Assembly (NCBI GenBank): GCA_044223005.1
Contig: JBGAML010000005.1
Location: forward strand, 224,523-288,522
Direction: 5' to 3'
Source: Candidatus Eiseniibacteriota bacterium
GTDB lineage: Bacteria; Eisenbacteria; RBG-16-71-46
Length of the DNA stretch: 64,000 nt
Within the stretch, counting starts at the first letter, position 1; each line of letters begins with the position of its first letter. Made by a program: the position numbers and the translations under genes. Positions 8,889-19,413 of this stretch are shown in pieces. Under the pieces are notes generated by a model that saw only the letters and a list, made by a program, of their open reading frames with translations, was not told the DNA's origin and did not search any database.

Positions 8889-9926
8889 GTGTCGGAGAAG
8901 ATCGGAATCGCCGTCGTCGGGACCGGAGACTGGGGCGCGAACCTGGTCCGGAACTTCGCGAACCTCGCCGGAGCGCGCCTCGTCGCCGTGTGCGACGCGG
9001 ACGCCGCCCGTCTCGCGAAGACCGCCGCGCAATACCCGGCCTCCAAGGCGTACGCGGATGCGGCGCAGGTGGCCGCGGATCCGGAGGTCCAGGGCGTCGT
9101 CGTCTCGGCGTCCGCGGTCGGCCACTACCCGCTCGCCAAGATGATGCTCGAGGCGGGGAAGGACGTGTACGTCGAGAAGCCGCTGACGCTCGAGGTCGCG
9201 CACGCCGAGGAACTCGTCCGGCTCGCCAAGACGGGCAACCGCATCCTCATGGTCGGGCACCTGCTGCTCTACCACCCGGGCGTCCAGTACATGAAGCGCA
9301 TGGTCCAGGACGGCTCGATCGGCGACCTGCTCTACATCTACTGCCAGCGCGTCAACCTCGGGAAGGTCCGCAAGGACGAGAATGCGCTCTGGAGCTTCGC
9401 GCCGCACGACCTGTCGGTCGTGCTGCACCTGATCGGCATGGAACCCACGGACGTCGTCGCCCGCGGCTCGGACTTCCTGCAGAAGGGCGTCGAGGACGTG
9501 GTGTTCGTCGACCTCAAGTTCCCGGGCGGCAAGCTCGCGCACGTGCACGTGTCGTGGCTCGACCCGCACAAGCTCCGCAAGTTCACGGTCGTCGGCACGC
9601 AGAAGATGGTCGTGTTCGACGACATGGAAGCCAGCGAGAAGATCAAGATCTACGACAAGGGCGTCGACCGCGCCGGCGAGGTCGTGTCGTACGGCGACTC
9701 GCTCACGGTGCGCAACGGCGACATCCTGATCCCCAAGATCTCGCTGCAGGAACCGCTCAAGCTGGAGTGCACGCACTTCGTGGACTGCGTCCGCGAGCGC
9801 AAGCGCCCGCTCACCGACGGCCTCGACGGCCTGCGCGTGGTCAAGGTGCTCGACGCCGCGCAGAAGTCACTGAAGGCGGGCGGCGCGCCGGTCGCGATCC
9901 AGCCGCTGCCGCAGGAGGTCGTGTGA
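8889..9926 (+). CDS. Gfo/Idh/MocA-family NAD-dependent sugar-nucleotide oxidoreductase (WbpB-like)
   Basis: GTG start after GGAGG RBS; KIGIAVVGTGDWGANLVRNF Rossmann; family typical of UDP-GlcNAcA 3-dehydrogenase. Confidence 0.8.
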   Translation: MSEKIGIAVVGTGDWGANLVRNFANLAGARLVAVCDADAARLAKTAAQYPASKAYADAAQVAADPEVQGVVVSASAVGHYPLAKMMLEAGKDVYVEKPLTLEVAHAEELVRLAKTGNRILMVGHLLLYHPGVQYMKRMVQDGSIGDLLYIYCQRVNLGKVRKDENALWSFAPHDLSVVLHLIGMEPTDVVARGSDFLQKGVEDVVFVDLKFPGGKLAHVHVSWLDPHKLRKFTVVGTQKMVVFDDMEASEKIKIYDKGVDRAGEVVSYGDSLTVRNGDILIPKISLQEPLKLECTHFVDCVRERKRPLTDGLDGLRVVKVLDAAQKSLKAGGAPVAIQPLPQEVV

Positions 9927-10681
9927 GCAACGTCATCCATCCGAGTGCCCAGGTCGGCGCCGGCACCACGCTGGGCGAGTTCTGCGTGATCGGCCCGAAC
10001 GTGAAGATCGGGACCGGCTGCAAGCTCGGCAACCACGTCGTGATCCACGCCGACACGGTCGTGGGCAACGACGTCCGCATCGACGACCACGCCTCGCTCG
10101 GCAAGTGGCCCATGAAGGCCGCGAACTCGGCGACCACCAAGGAGCAGGACCTGCCGCCGCTCACCGTCGGCGACGTCTGCATCGTCGGGACGGGCGTCGT
10201 GCTCTACCGCGGCGCGGCGATCGACGGCAAGGTGCTGATGGCGGACCTGTGCACGGTGCGCGAGAACGTCACCGTCGGCCGCGGGACCATCGTCGGCCGC
10301 GGCGTGACGATCGAGAACTTCTGCAGCGTCGGGCGTTACTGCAAGCTCGAGTCCGAGAGCTACCTGTGCGCCTACTGCACGCTCGAGGATCGCGTCTTCA
10401 TCGCGCCCGGCGTCGTGACGAGCAACGACAACTTCGTCGGCCGCACGCAGGAGCGCTTCAAGCACTTCAAGGGCGTCACCGTGAAGAAGGGCGGCCGCAT
10501 CGGCGCCGGCAGCGTCACGCTGCCGGGCGTCGTGATCGGGGAGGACGCGCTCGTCGCGGCCGGCTCCACGGTCACGAAGAACGTCGAGCCGCGCGTGATC
10601 GTGATGGGCAAGCCGGCGCGCGTCGTGCGTCCGGTGCCCGTCGAACAACTGCTGGAGAACCAGGGCTGGGTGGACGCGTAG
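9923..10681 (+). CDS. Left-handed beta-helix (hexapeptide) acyl/acetyltransferase (WbpD/PglD-like)
   Basis: GTGA overlap with upstream gene; repeated [LIV]G hexapeptide pattern throughout. Confidence 0.8.
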   Translation: MSNVIHPSAQVGAGTTLGEFCVIGPNVKIGTGCKLGNHVVIHADTVVGNDVRIDDHASLGKWPMKAANSATTKEQDLPPLTVGDVCIVGTGVVLYRGAAIDGKVLMADLCTVRENVTVGRGTIVGRGVTIENFCSVGRYCKLESESYLCAYCTLEDRVFIAPGVVTSNDNFVGRTQERFKHFKGVTVKKGGRIGAGSVTLPGVVIGEDALVAAGSTVTKNVEPRVIVMGKPARVVRPVPVEQLLENQGWVDA

Positions 10682-10718
10682 TCCCCCGGACCCTTCACCC
10701 TTTCGGAGGGGAGTCCCG

Positions 10719-11843
10719 ATGTCGACGAACACGACCATGAAGGTGCCGCTCCTCGACCTTCGTGCGCAGTACGACACGATCCGCACCGAGATCGACGGCG
10801 CCGTGAAGAGCGTCATGGAGAGCTGTCACTTCATCGGCGGCCCCGAGGTCGCGGCGCTGGAGCAGGAGGTGGCCCGCTACTCGCAGACCGCCCACGCGGT
10901 GGCCTGCGCCTCCGGCACGGACGCGATCCTGCTGGCGCTCTGGACGCTCGGGATCGGGCCCGGGGACGAGGTCATCTGCCCGTCGTACACGTTCTTCGCC
11001 ACCGCCGGCACGATCGCGAACAACGGCGCCTCGCCGGTGTTCGTGGACGTCGATCCGCGCACGTACAACCTCGACACGCACCTGCTCGAGAAGGCGATCA
11101 CGCCGCGCACCAAGGCGGTCGTCGCCGTGTCGCTGTTCGGCCAGTGCTGCGACCTCCCGGCGATCAAGGCGATCTGCGACAAGCACCAGATCTACCTGAT
11201 CGAGGACGCCGCGCAGTCGATCGGCTCGGAGTGGGAAGGCAAGCGCTCGGGCTCGATGTGCGACTTCGGCACGTTCTCGTTCTTCCCGTCCAAGAACCTC
11301 GGCGGCGCGGGCGACGGCGGCATGATCGTGACGCAGAACGCCGAGCTCGCCGAGAAGGCGCGGCTGCTCTGCAACCACGGCGCCAAGCCCAAGTACTACC
11401 ACTCGCTCGTCGGCACGAACTCGCGCCTCGACGCGCTGCAGGCCGCGCTTCTGCGCGTGAAGCTGCGCCACCTGGACCGCTGGAGCGAGAAGCGTGCGCA
11501 GAACGCCGCGCTCTACAACCAGCTGTTCGAGGGCTCGAAGGTCGGCCGTCCGTACCACGACACCCGCACGCGCCACATCTACAACCAGTACGTGATCCGC
11601 GTGCCGAACCGCGACGGACTCAAGAAGCACCTCGGCGAGAAGAACATCGGCTGCGAGGTCTACTACCCGGTGCCGCTGCACCTGCAGAAGTGCTTCGCGC
11701 ACCTGGGCTACAAGGCCGGCGACATGCCCGTCTCGGAGGCCGCGGCCAACGAGACGCTCGCGCTGCCGATCTATCCCGAGTTGTCGGAGGAGCAGATCCG
11801 CTACGTGGCCCAGACCGTTCGCGACTTCGTCGAGAACGCCTGA
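10719..11843 (+). CDS. DegT/DnrJ/EryC1/StrS PLP-dependent sugar aminotransferase (WbpE/PglE-like)
   Basis: VPLLDL...FIGGPEV...SGTDA...DAAQS...FSFFPSKNLGGAGDGG typical of the family. Confidence 0.85.
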   Translation: MSTNTTMKVPLLDLRAQYDTIRTEIDGAVKSVMESCHFIGGPEVAALEQEVARYSQTAHAVACASGTDAILLALWTLGIGPGDEVICPSYTFFATAGTIANNGASPVFVDVDPRTYNLDTHLLEKAITPRTKAVVAVSLFGQCCDLPAIKAICDKHQIYLIEDAAQSIGSEWEGKRSGSMCDFGTFSFFPSKNLGGAGDGGMIVTQNAELAEKARLLCNHGAKPKYYHSLVGTNSRLDALQAALLRVKLRHLDRWSEKRAQNAALYNQLFEGSKVGRPYHDTRTRHIYNQYVIRVPNRDGLKKHLGEKNIGCEVYYPVPLHLQKCFAHLGYKAGDMPVSEAAANETLALPIYPELSEEQIRYVAQTVRDFVENA

Positions 11844-11847
11844 GCCA

Positions 11848-11919
11848 TCACGGGCCGTGCGGCCCGTGAGACGAAACCGAAGCGCGCCGCCGAACCCCGC
11901 CCTGTAGGCGGCGCGCTTC
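11848..11919 (+). terminator. Two tandem GC-rich hairpins downstream of aminotransferase gene (putative terminator)
   Basis: TCACGGGCC-GTGC-GGCCCGTGA (9 bp stem) then GAAGCGCGCCGCC-N15-GGCGGCGCGCTTC (13 bp stem); no clean U-tract. Confidence 0.4.
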
Positions 11920-11977
11920 CGAAGGTCTCCAAGAGACCCTGCCGTGGGTCCCCTTCCCGCGGCAGCGATACGGTTCC

Positions 11978-13888
11978 ATGACCGAATCGAATCGTGACGC
12001 CCTGCGGAGCCTGCTCCGCCGGGTGGACGAAGTGCGGGGGCTGTCGGATCGCTCGGCCGGATCGGCCGTGGTCGCGATCGACGACCCCGATGCGCTCGTC
12101 CGCACGCTGGGGGAACTGGTCGAGGAGCTCGAGCGCAGCCATCGCCGGCTGATCGAGACCAACGTCCAGCTCGTGTCCCTGCGCGAGGTCGCCGGCCGGC
12201 TCACCACCACGGTGGACGCCGCCGAAACCACGCGCACGGTGACGCGCTACCTCCGGCACGCGTTCGGGTTCGACCAGGTCGGCCTGCTGCTCGTGGACCG
12301 CACCCGCGGCACGCTCGTCGGCTCGTGGGCCGGCCCCGACGGCACCACGTCGGCGCTCGAGGTGCCGCTCGCCGGCGAGCGCGGTGCGCTCGCGCGGGCG
12401 GTGTGGCTGCAGCGGACGCTCCTGCACCACGACTCGCGCCGCCATCCGCCCGCGGTACTGGCGCCCGGGCACCCGCTGCACGAGACGTTCGAACAGGTCG
12501 GCTCGCTCACCTGCGTGCCGCTGCAGCGCAGCCGCAGTGGCGCCGAGGGCAACCCCTGCGAGCGCTGCCCGGTCCCCGCCTCGATCGCGCCCGCGCCGCC
12601 TCCCGGCCAGAGTGCGGGGGAGTGGCTCGCGCAGCGCGAGGAGGCCCAGCGCCACTGCCTCGGCTGCGACCGGCTGCCCTCGCTCGGCGTGATCGCCGCC
12701 GGACGGCGCGACGGATTGCCGCCGCTCACCGCCGGAGACGTCACGCTCGTCGAGTCGATCGCGCTCTCGGTCGCGCCCATGGTCGAGAACGCCCGGTTGT
12801 TCCAGGCGCTGCGACAGAGCCAGCAGTTCCAGCAGCACGTGCTCGACGGCATGAGCAGCTCGCTCGTCGCCGTGGACCTCGACGGCCGCATGCTCGGCTT
12901 CAACCGCGCCGCCGAGGAGCTGCTCGGCTGGAAGGAAGCGGAAGTGCTCGGGCGCGGTATCGGCGAGTGCTTCGGCGCCGAGATCGAACGGCTCGTCGCC
13001 GAACTCCTCGGCCACGGGGACGACTCCGAGATGCAGGAGACGTCCATGCGCGCGCGCGACGGCGACTTCGTGCCGGTGCGGCTCTCGGCCTCGCTGCTAC
13101 GCGACGACGCCGAGCGCGTCTACGGCGCCATCGCGACGTTCGTCGACCTGCGGCCGCTGCGCCGCGCCGAGGAGCAGGCGCGCCAGCTCGACCGGCTCGC
13201 GGCGCTCGGCCGGTTCACGTCCAGCGTCGCGCACGAGATCCGCAACCCGCTCACCGGGATCGGCATGGGCGTCCAGTCGCTCGCTCGCGCCGTCGGCTCC
13301 GACGACCGGCAGCGCCAGAACGTCGAGTTCATCCTCGGCGAGATCAAGCGGCTCGACCGCATCGTGCAGGAGCTCTTCGACGTCACGCACCCGCGGCGGC
13401 TCGATCTCGCGCCGCGCCCGGTCGCCGAGACGATCGCGCGCGCCCAGCGCTCGGTCGAGGGCGTCCTCGCCACGCGGCAGGTCACGCTGACCGTGCGCGA
13501 GGCCGCGTCGCTGCCGCGCGTGCCGCACGACGCCGACCAGATGCAGCAGGTGTTGATCAACCTGTTCAAGAACGCGGCCGAGGCGTCACCCGCCGGAGCC
13601 ACGATCGCCGTCGAGGTGCAGCGCGTCCCCGGCGCGCGGCGCAACGGCCGTCCCACCGGCGTCGCGATCACGGTGACCGATTCGGGTCACGGGATCGACG
13701 AAGCCACCCAGCGCACGTTGTTCGAACCGTTCTTCACCACCAAGCCGGGAGGCACCGGCCTGGGTCTCTACATCACGCACGACATCGTCAAGCGGCACGG
13801 GGGCAACCTCACCGTGTCCAGTGAGCCCGGGCACGGCGCCACGTTCCGCGTGGAACTGCCGCTCGACACCGAAGGAGAAGCGTCATGA
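11978..13888 (+). CDS. Sensor histidine kinase with GAF and PAS domains
   Basis: HEIRNPLTGI H-box; HATPase motifs (NLFKNAAEA, DSGHGID, GGTGLGL); N-terminal GAF/PAS-like regions. Confidence 0.8.
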   Translation: MTESNRDALRSLLRRVDEVRGLSDRSAGSAVVAIDDPDALVRTLGELVEELERSHRRLIETNVQLVSLREVAGRLTTTVDAAETTRTVTRYLRHAFGFDQVGLLLVDRTRGTLVGSWAGPDGTTSALEVPLAGERGALARAVWLQRTLLHHDSRRHPPAVLAPGHPLHETFEQVGSLTCVPLQRSRSGAEGNPCERCPVPASIAPAPPPGQSAGEWLAQREEAQRHCLGCDRLPSLGVIAAGRRDGLPPLTAGDVTLVESIALSVAPMVENARLFQALRQSQQFQQHVLDGMSSSLVAVDLDGRMLGFNRAAEELLGWKEAEVLGRGIGECFGAEIERLVAELLGHGDDSEMQETSMRARDGDFVPVRLSASLLRDDAERVYGAIATFVDLRPLRRAEEQARQLDRLAALGRFTSSVAHEIRNPLTGIGMGVQSLARAVGSDDRQRQNVEFILGEIKRLDRIVQELFDVTHPRRLDLAPRPVAETIARAQRSVEGVLATRQVTLTVREAASLPRVPHDADQMQQVLINLFKNAAEASPAGATIAVEVQRVPGARRNGRPTGVAITVTDSGHGIDEATQRTLFEPFFTTKPGGTGLGLYITHDIVKRHGGNLTVSSEPGHGATFRVELPLDTEGEAS

Positions 13889-15318
13889 GCAAGGCCAACG
13901 TGCTGGTCGTCGACGACCAGGACTCCATCCGCCACTTCGTGAGCCAGGCGCTCGAGGACGACGGTTACACCGTCGCCACGGCGGGCTCGGTGCGCGAGGC
14001 GCGGGCGGCGATCGAGCAGTCCATGCCCGACATGGCGTTCCTCGACCTGAAGCTCCCCGACGGCACCGGGCTCGAGCTGCTGCGCGAGATCAAGCGCATC
14101 CAGCCCGAGGTGTCGGTCATCCTGATGACCGCGTTCGGCGAGCTCGAGACCGCCGTCGAAGCCATGAGCGCCGGCGCGTTCTGGTTCGTGAAGAAGCCGT
14201 TCCAGGCCGAGGAACTCCTGGCGCTGGCCACGCGCGCGCACGAGTCGCAGAAGATCTGGCTCGAGCTGCGCCGGCTGCGCAACCAGGCGTTCGCGGACGA
14301 GGACTACCTGCACTCGGCGAGCCCGGCCATGCAGGAGGCCTACGCCATCGCCGAGCAGGTCGCGCGCGGCGACACGACCAGCGTGCTGATCGAGGGCGAG
14401 AGCGGCACCGGCAAGGAGTACTTCGCCAACCTGATCCACCGCATGAGCGCGCGGCACTCGCAGCCGTTCGTCGAGATCAACTGCGCCGCGATCCCGAGCG
14501 AGCTGCTCGAGAGCGAACTGTTCGGCCACGAGAAGGGCGCGTTCACGGACGCCCGCGCGCAGAAGCTGGGCCTGATGGAGCTGGCCAACGGCGGCACGCT
14601 GTTCCTCGACGAGATCGGGGAGATGTCGCCCATGCTGCAGGTGAAGCTGCTCCGCGTGCTGGAGCGCCGCACTTTCAAGCGCGTCGGCGGCACCAAGGAC
14701 ATCGCGGTCAACCTGCGCATCATCTCGGCGACCAACCAGGACCTCGAGAAGATGGTGCGGGAGGGAGGCTTCCGCGAGGACCTCTACTACCGCCTCAAGG
14801 TCGTGCCCCTGTTCGTGCCGCCGCTGCGCGACCGGCACGAGGACGTCGTGCCGCTGGCGCGGCTCTTCATGGAGCGCTTCGCGAAGCAGTTCAAGAAGCC
14901 CTTCAAGGAGATCGCACCCTCGGCGCAGCGGATGCTGCTGGACTATCCGTGGCCGGGAAACATCCGTGAGCTGAAGAACCTGTTCGAGCGCACGATCCTG
15001 CTCGAGAACGCCGAGGTGCTGGAGGCCCGGCACCTCAAGATGGCCGCGCGGGCACGCGGCAACGCCGACGCCTCGCTGGGGCAGCGCGTCGAAGAGGCGC
15101 TCAACTCTCCGATCCCGGCGGGCGGCCTGGCGTTCGAGCAGCTGATCGAGGACCTGGAGCGCGCCTTGATCCTCCGTGCCTCGTATGCTACGAACTGGAA
15201 CCAGAGCCGTACCGCGGAACTGCTGAACCTGAAGCGCGACAAGCTGCGTTACCGCATGAAGCTCTTCGGGATCCACGGCAAGGACAACGACGAGAGCACC
15301 CAGACGGATGCCGCCTGA
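13885..15318 (+). CDS. Sigma-54-dependent Fis-family response regulator (NtrC-type)
   Basis: ATGA overlap with kinase; REC (VLVVDDQDS...D), AAA+ GESGTGKE, GAFTDA, ESELFGHEKGAFTDA, C-terminal HTH. Confidence 0.9.
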   Translation: MSKANVLVVDDQDSIRHFVSQALEDDGYTVATAGSVREARAAIEQSMPDMAFLDLKLPDGTGLELLREIKRIQPEVSVILMTAFGELETAVEAMSAGAFWFVKKPFQAEELLALATRAHESQKIWLELRRLRNQAFADEDYLHSASPAMQEAYAIAEQVARGDTTSVLIEGESGTGKEYFANLIHRMSARHSQPFVEINCAAIPSELLESELFGHEKGAFTDARAQKLGLMELANGGTLFLDEIGEMSPMLQVKLLRVLERRTFKRVGGTKDIAVNLRIISATNQDLEKMVREGGFREDLYYRLKVVPLFVPPLRDRHEDVVPLARLFMERFAKQFKKPFKEIAPSAQRMLLDYPWPGNIRELKNLFERTILLENAEVLEARHLKMAARARGNADASLGQRVEEALNSPIPAGGLAFEQLIEDLERALILRASYATNWNQSRTAELLNLKRDKLRYRMKLFGIHGKDNDESTQTDAA

Positions 15319-15844
15319 CGCACGAGCCCCCTGGCTGTCGCGCGCGGTCCTCCTGGCCGCCGTGGCGGTCGGGGGGCTCGTGTCGGGATCGTGTGGGTAC
15401 ACCGCGAGTCCCGCACTGCTGCCGTCGCACCTCAAAACCGTCGCCGTGCCGGTGTTCGAGAACGGCACGACGGAATACACGCTGGAGCAGGACATCACGA
15501 ACGCCGTGATCCAGCGCTTCGTCCGCGACAACCACCTCCGCGTCGTGGACGAGAAGTCGGCCAACTGCGTCGTCCGCGGCAAGGTCACGCAGTACAAGAA
15601 CGCCGTCTTCGGCTTCACGAACTCCGCCCAGGCGCAGGAGTACCGCGTCACGATCGCGGTGCAGGTCACCTTCAAGGACCTCGTGAAGAACCGCGAGATG
15701 TGGAGCGACGAGATCGTCCGCACGGCGAACTACTTCGTCACCGACGTCCCCGGCCAGGCCGCCAAGACCGAACTCGATGGACGCAAAGAAGCCGTCGACA
15801 AGATCGCAGACGAAGTCCTCAGCCGCTCGGTCGAAGGCTGGTAG
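15308..15844 (+). CDS. lptE: LptE-like LPS-assembly lipoprotein
   Basis: Lipoprotein signal with Cys (GSCGY), about 178 aa, located next to holA/leuS as in the leuS-lptE-holA neighbourhood of proteobacteria. Confidence 0.5.
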   Translation: MPPDARAPWLSRAVLLAAVAVGGLVSGSCGYTASPALLPSHLKTVAVPVFENGTTEYTLEQDITNAVIQRFVRDNHLRVVDEKSANCVVRGKVTQYKNAVFGFTNSAQAQEYRVTIAVQVTFKDLVKNREMWSDEIVRTANYFVTDVPGQAAKTELDGRKEAVDKIADEVLSRSVEGW

Positions 15845-16853
15845 CGCGACCGCGGCGAGCACGCCCGCGCGCTCGCGCGCGTCGGGCGGGGCCCGTCCGC
15901 GCCCGCCGGCCGACCCGCTCGCGCTGCTGGAGCGCGCCGACGCGGGCGAGTTCCCGCCGTCGCTGCACGTCGAGGGCCCCGAGGAAGCGCTGAAGGCCGA
16001 GTTCCTCGCCGGCTTCCGCCGCGCCTGGGCCGCCGCGGTCCCCGAGGCGCCGACGCCGCGCGTGCTGCGGCTGGGCGAGGACGACGTGGACACCGTGCTG
16101 TCCGCGCACCACGGCATCTCGATGTTCGCCGCGCGCGAGCTGACGATCGTGCACGCGCTCGAATCCCTGGTGCGCAGCGAGCGCAAGGTGAGCGACCTCG
16201 CCGCCGGCGTCGCGCGCCCCGCGGGCGAGTCGGTGCTCGTGCTGGTCGAGGCCGCCGCCGACGCGCCGCGCAAGTCGCTCGACGCGATCCGCGCCGCGTG
16301 CGCCGCGCGCGTCGAGCTGCACCCCGTCGACGCGAAGACGCTGCTCGTGTGGGGCCGCCGGCGACTGAAGGCCGAGGGCCTGGACGAAGCACCCGGCACG
16401 CTCGAGGCGCTGCTGCGCTCGTGCGAAGGGGAGAGCGTCGCGTTCCTGAGCGAGCTGGGCAAGCTGGTGAGCTGCTGCGCGCGCGCCGGCAAGGTCACGC
16501 CGAAGGACGTCGCCGCGCTCGAACGCCCGGTGGTGGGCGCGAGCCTCGAGGAGTACCTGCTCGCCGTGGCCAGCGGCGAACCCGGACTCGCCGCGCAGCG
16601 GCTCGGCCGCCTGCTCGCGGCCGGCGAGAGCGAGGGCTCGGTGATGTGGGCGCTCGGCAACATGGTCGGCGGCGCGATCGGCGGCTGGTCGATGCGCCCC
16701 GAACTGGCGCGAGTGCTCGGCCGGCGCCGCGGCCCCGCCGATCTCGCCCGCGCGCTCGACGCCGTCTACCGCGCCGAGGCCGCCTGGAAGGGCGGCCGCA
16801 CGGACGCCCTGCTCGCCCTCGAGCAGGCGACCCGCGAGGTCGCCGCACGCTGA
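15777..16853 (+). CDS. holA: DNA polymerase III delta subunit HolA (start uncertain)
   Basis: About 330 aa alpha-helical protein between lptE-like and leuS; pattern resembles delta subunit; track start at 15777 overlaps lptE by 66 nt, true start may be later. Confidence 0.6.
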   Translation: MDAKKPSTRSQTKSSAARSKAGSATAASTPARSRASGGARPRPPADPLALLERADAGEFPPSLHVEGPEEALKAEFLAGFRRAWAAAVPEAPTPRVLRLGEDDVDTVLSAHHGISMFAARELTIVHALESLVRSERKVSDLAAGVARPAGESVLVLVEAAADAPRKSLDAIRAACAARVELHPVDAKTLLVWGRRRLKAEGLDEAPGTLEALLRSCEGESVAFLSELGKLVSCCARAGKVTPKDVAALERPVVGASLEEYLLAVASGEPGLAAQRLGRLLAAGESEGSVMWALGNMVGGAIGGWSMRPELARVLGRRRGPADLARALDAVYRAEAAWKGGRTDALLALEQATREVAAR

Positions 16854-16955
16854 GCAGCCTCCGCGCGGCGCGGGCCATTCGCCCGCGGCCTGCCGTGACG
16901 GGAGGGAAGCCCTCCGCTATCTTCCACGCTCCACCTTCATCCATCGGATCGGTCC

Positions 16956-19391
16956 ATGAGCAAGCGATACCCGTTCTCCGAAGTCGAGCCGCGCTGGCAG
17001 CGTTACTGGGTCGAGCGGAAGACCTTCGCCGCCCCCGACGTGTCGCCGAAGCCGAAGTTCTACTGCCTCGACATGTACCCGTACCCCTCGGGCGCCGGCC
17101 TGCACGTGGGCCACATCGAGGGCTACACGGCGACGGACATCCTCAGCCGCTACAAGCGCATGAATGGCTTCAACGTCCTGCACTGCACCGGCTGGGACGC
17201 GTTCGGGCTGCCGGCCGAGCAGTACGCGGTCAAGACGGGCATCCACCCGGCGATCACGACGCGGCAGAACATCGACAACTTCCGCCGGCAGATGCAGCGC
17301 GCGGGCCTGAGCTACGACTGGGATCGCGAGGTCGACACCACCGATCCGGACTACTACAAGTGGACGCAGTGGATCTTCCTCAAGCTCTACGAGCGCGGCC
17401 TGGCGTACGTCGCCGAGATCCCGGTCAACTGGTGCCCCGAGTTGGGCACGGTGCTCGCCAACGAGGAAGTCGTCGACGGCAAGAGCGAGGTCGGCGGCTT
17501 CGAGGTGATTCGCCAGCCGATGCGGCAGTGGGTGCTGAAGATCACCGAGTACGCCGACCGCCTGCTCGCCGACCTGAAGGACGTCGACTGGCCGAACGGC
17601 ACGCTGATCATGCAGAAGGAGTGGATCGGCCGCTCCACCGGCGCCGAGGTCGACTTCGCGCTGGACGGAGTGCACGGCAACCTGCGCATCTTCACGACGC
17701 GCCCCGACACGCTCTTCGGCGCCACCTACATGGTGCTCGCGCCCGAGCACCCGCTGGTGAGCGTGCTGACGAGCCCGGCGCAGAAGGCCGCGGTCGACGC
17801 CTACGTCCAGGCGACGTCGCACAAGAGCGACCTGCAGCGGCAGCAGGACAAGCAGAAGACGGGAGTCTTCACCGGCGGCCACGCCGTCAATCCCGTCAAC
17901 GGCAAGAAGCTGCCGATCTGGATCGCCGACTACGTGATGATGGGCTACGGCACCGGCGCGATCATGGCGGTCCCCGGCCACGACGAGCGCGACTGGGAGT
18001 TCGCGAAGACCTTCGGCCTGCCGATCGTCGAGGTCGTGAAGGGCGGCGACGTGCAGCAGGCCGCATTCACCGAGACGGACGACGGCACGATCGTGAACTC
18101 CACGTCGCCCGACGGCGCGTTCTCGATCGACGGCCTGAAGCCCGTCGACGCGATCCCGAAGATCACGCAGTGGCTCGCCGCGAGAGGCGTCGGCCAGGAG
18201 GCCGTCAACTACAAGCTGCGCGACTGGCCGTTCTCACGGCAGCGCTACTGGGGCGAGCCGTTCCCGATCGTCTGGACCGATGGCGAACACCACCCGGTGC
18301 CCGAGAGCCAGCTGCCCATCCGCCTGCCCGAGCTCGAGAACTACAAGCCGAGCGGCACGGGGGAGAGCCCACTCGCGAACGCCACCGAGTGGCTCAAGGC
18401 CACCGATCCCGCCACCGGCAAGCCCGCACGCCGCGAGACCAACACGATGCCCCAGTGGGCCGGCTCGTGCTGGTACTACCTGCGCTTCCTCGACCCGAAG
18501 AACCCCGACCGCCTGGTCGACCCCAAGAAGGAGAAGTACTGGATGCCCGTCGACCTCTACGTCGGCGGCTCCGAACACGCGGTGCTGCACCTGCTCTACG
18601 CGCGCTTCTGGCACAAGGTGCTCTACGACATCGGCGTCGTGAGCACACCCGAACCGTTCATGAAGCTGGTCCACCAGGGCATCATCCTGGGCGAGGACAA
18701 TCGCAAGATGTCCAAGCGCTGGGGCAACGTGGTCGACCCGAACGACATGATCGACCAGTACGGCGCCGACGCGCTGCGCATCTACGAGATGTTCATGGGC
18801 CCGCTGGAGGCCATGAAGCCCTGGAGCAGCAAGAGCGTGGAAGGCATCACGCGCTTCCTCGACCGTGTCTGGCGGTTGTTCGTGAACGAGGACGGCAGCC
18901 TCACGCTCACGAACGAGCAGCCCAACGAGGCCATGCTGCGCACGCTGCACCAGACGATCCGCAAGGTCGGCGAGGACGTCGAAGCCCTCAAGTTCAACAC
19001 CGCGATCGCGCAGATGATGGTCTTCGCGAACGAAATGAACCCGCAGCCCGGCCGTCCCAAGGCGATCCTCGAACCGTTCCTCAAGGTAATCGCGCCATTC
19101 GCGCCGCACCTCGCCGAAGAGCTCTGGGCACGAATGGGCCACAAGGACACGATCGCCTACGAACCCTGGCCCGCGTACGACCCGAAGCTCTGCGAGGAGT
19201 CGCAGGTCACACTCGCCGTCCAGGTGAACGGCAAGCTGCGCGCGACGCTCGACTTCGCCAAGGGCGCCGACCAGGACACCGTGCTCACCGCCGCCAAGGC
19301 CGACGAACGCGTCGCCAAGTACCTCGACGGCGCGACCATCCGCAAGGTGATCCACGTGAAGGACAAGCTGCTGAACCTCGTGGTCGGCTGA
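16956..19391 (+). CDS. leuS: Leucyl-tRNA synthetase
   Basis: [16 protein letters not shown] motif, [13 protein letters not shown] motif, 811 aa. Confidence 0.96.
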   Translation: MSKRYPFSEVEPRWQRYWVERKTFAAPDVSPKPKFYCLDMYPYPSGAGLHVGHIEGYTATDILSRYKRMNGFNVLHCTGWDAFGLPAEQYAVKTGIHPAITTRQNIDNFRRQMQRAGLSYDWDREVDTTDPDYYKWTQWIFLKLYERGLAYVAEIPVNWCPELGTVLANEEVVDGKSEVGGFEVIRQPMRQWVLKITEYADRLLADLKDVDWPNGTLIMQKEWIGRSTGAEVDFALDGVHGNLRIFTTRPDTLFGATYMVLAPEHPLVSVLTSPAQKAAVDAYVQATSHKSDLQRQQDKQKTGVFTGGHAVNPVNGKKLPIWIADYVMMGYGTGAIMAVPGHDERDWEFAKTFGLPIVEVVKGGDVQQAAFTETDDGTIVNSTSPDGAFSIDGLKPVDAIPKITQWLAARGVGQEAVNYKLRDWPFSRQRYWGEPFPIVWTDGEHHPVPESQLPIRLPELENYKPSGTGESPLANATEWLKATDPATGKPARRETNTMPQWAGSCWYYLRFLDPKNPDRLVDPKKEKYWMPVDLYVGGSEHAVLHLLYARFWHKVLYDIGVVSTPEPFMKLVHQGIILGEDNRKMSKRWGNVVDPNDMIDQYGADALRIYEMFMGPLEAMKPWSSKSVEGITRFLDRVWRLFVNEDGSLTLTNEQPNEAMLRTLHQTIRKVGEDVEALKFNTAIAQMMVFANEMNPQPGRPKAILEPFLKVIAPFAPHLAEELWARMGHKDTIAYEPWPAYDPKLCEESQVTLAVQVNGKLRATLDFAKGADQDTVLTAAKADERVAKYLDGATIRKVIHVKDKLLNLVVG

Positions 19392-19413
19392 GCCGACGGG
19401 GAGGAGCTCGAAC

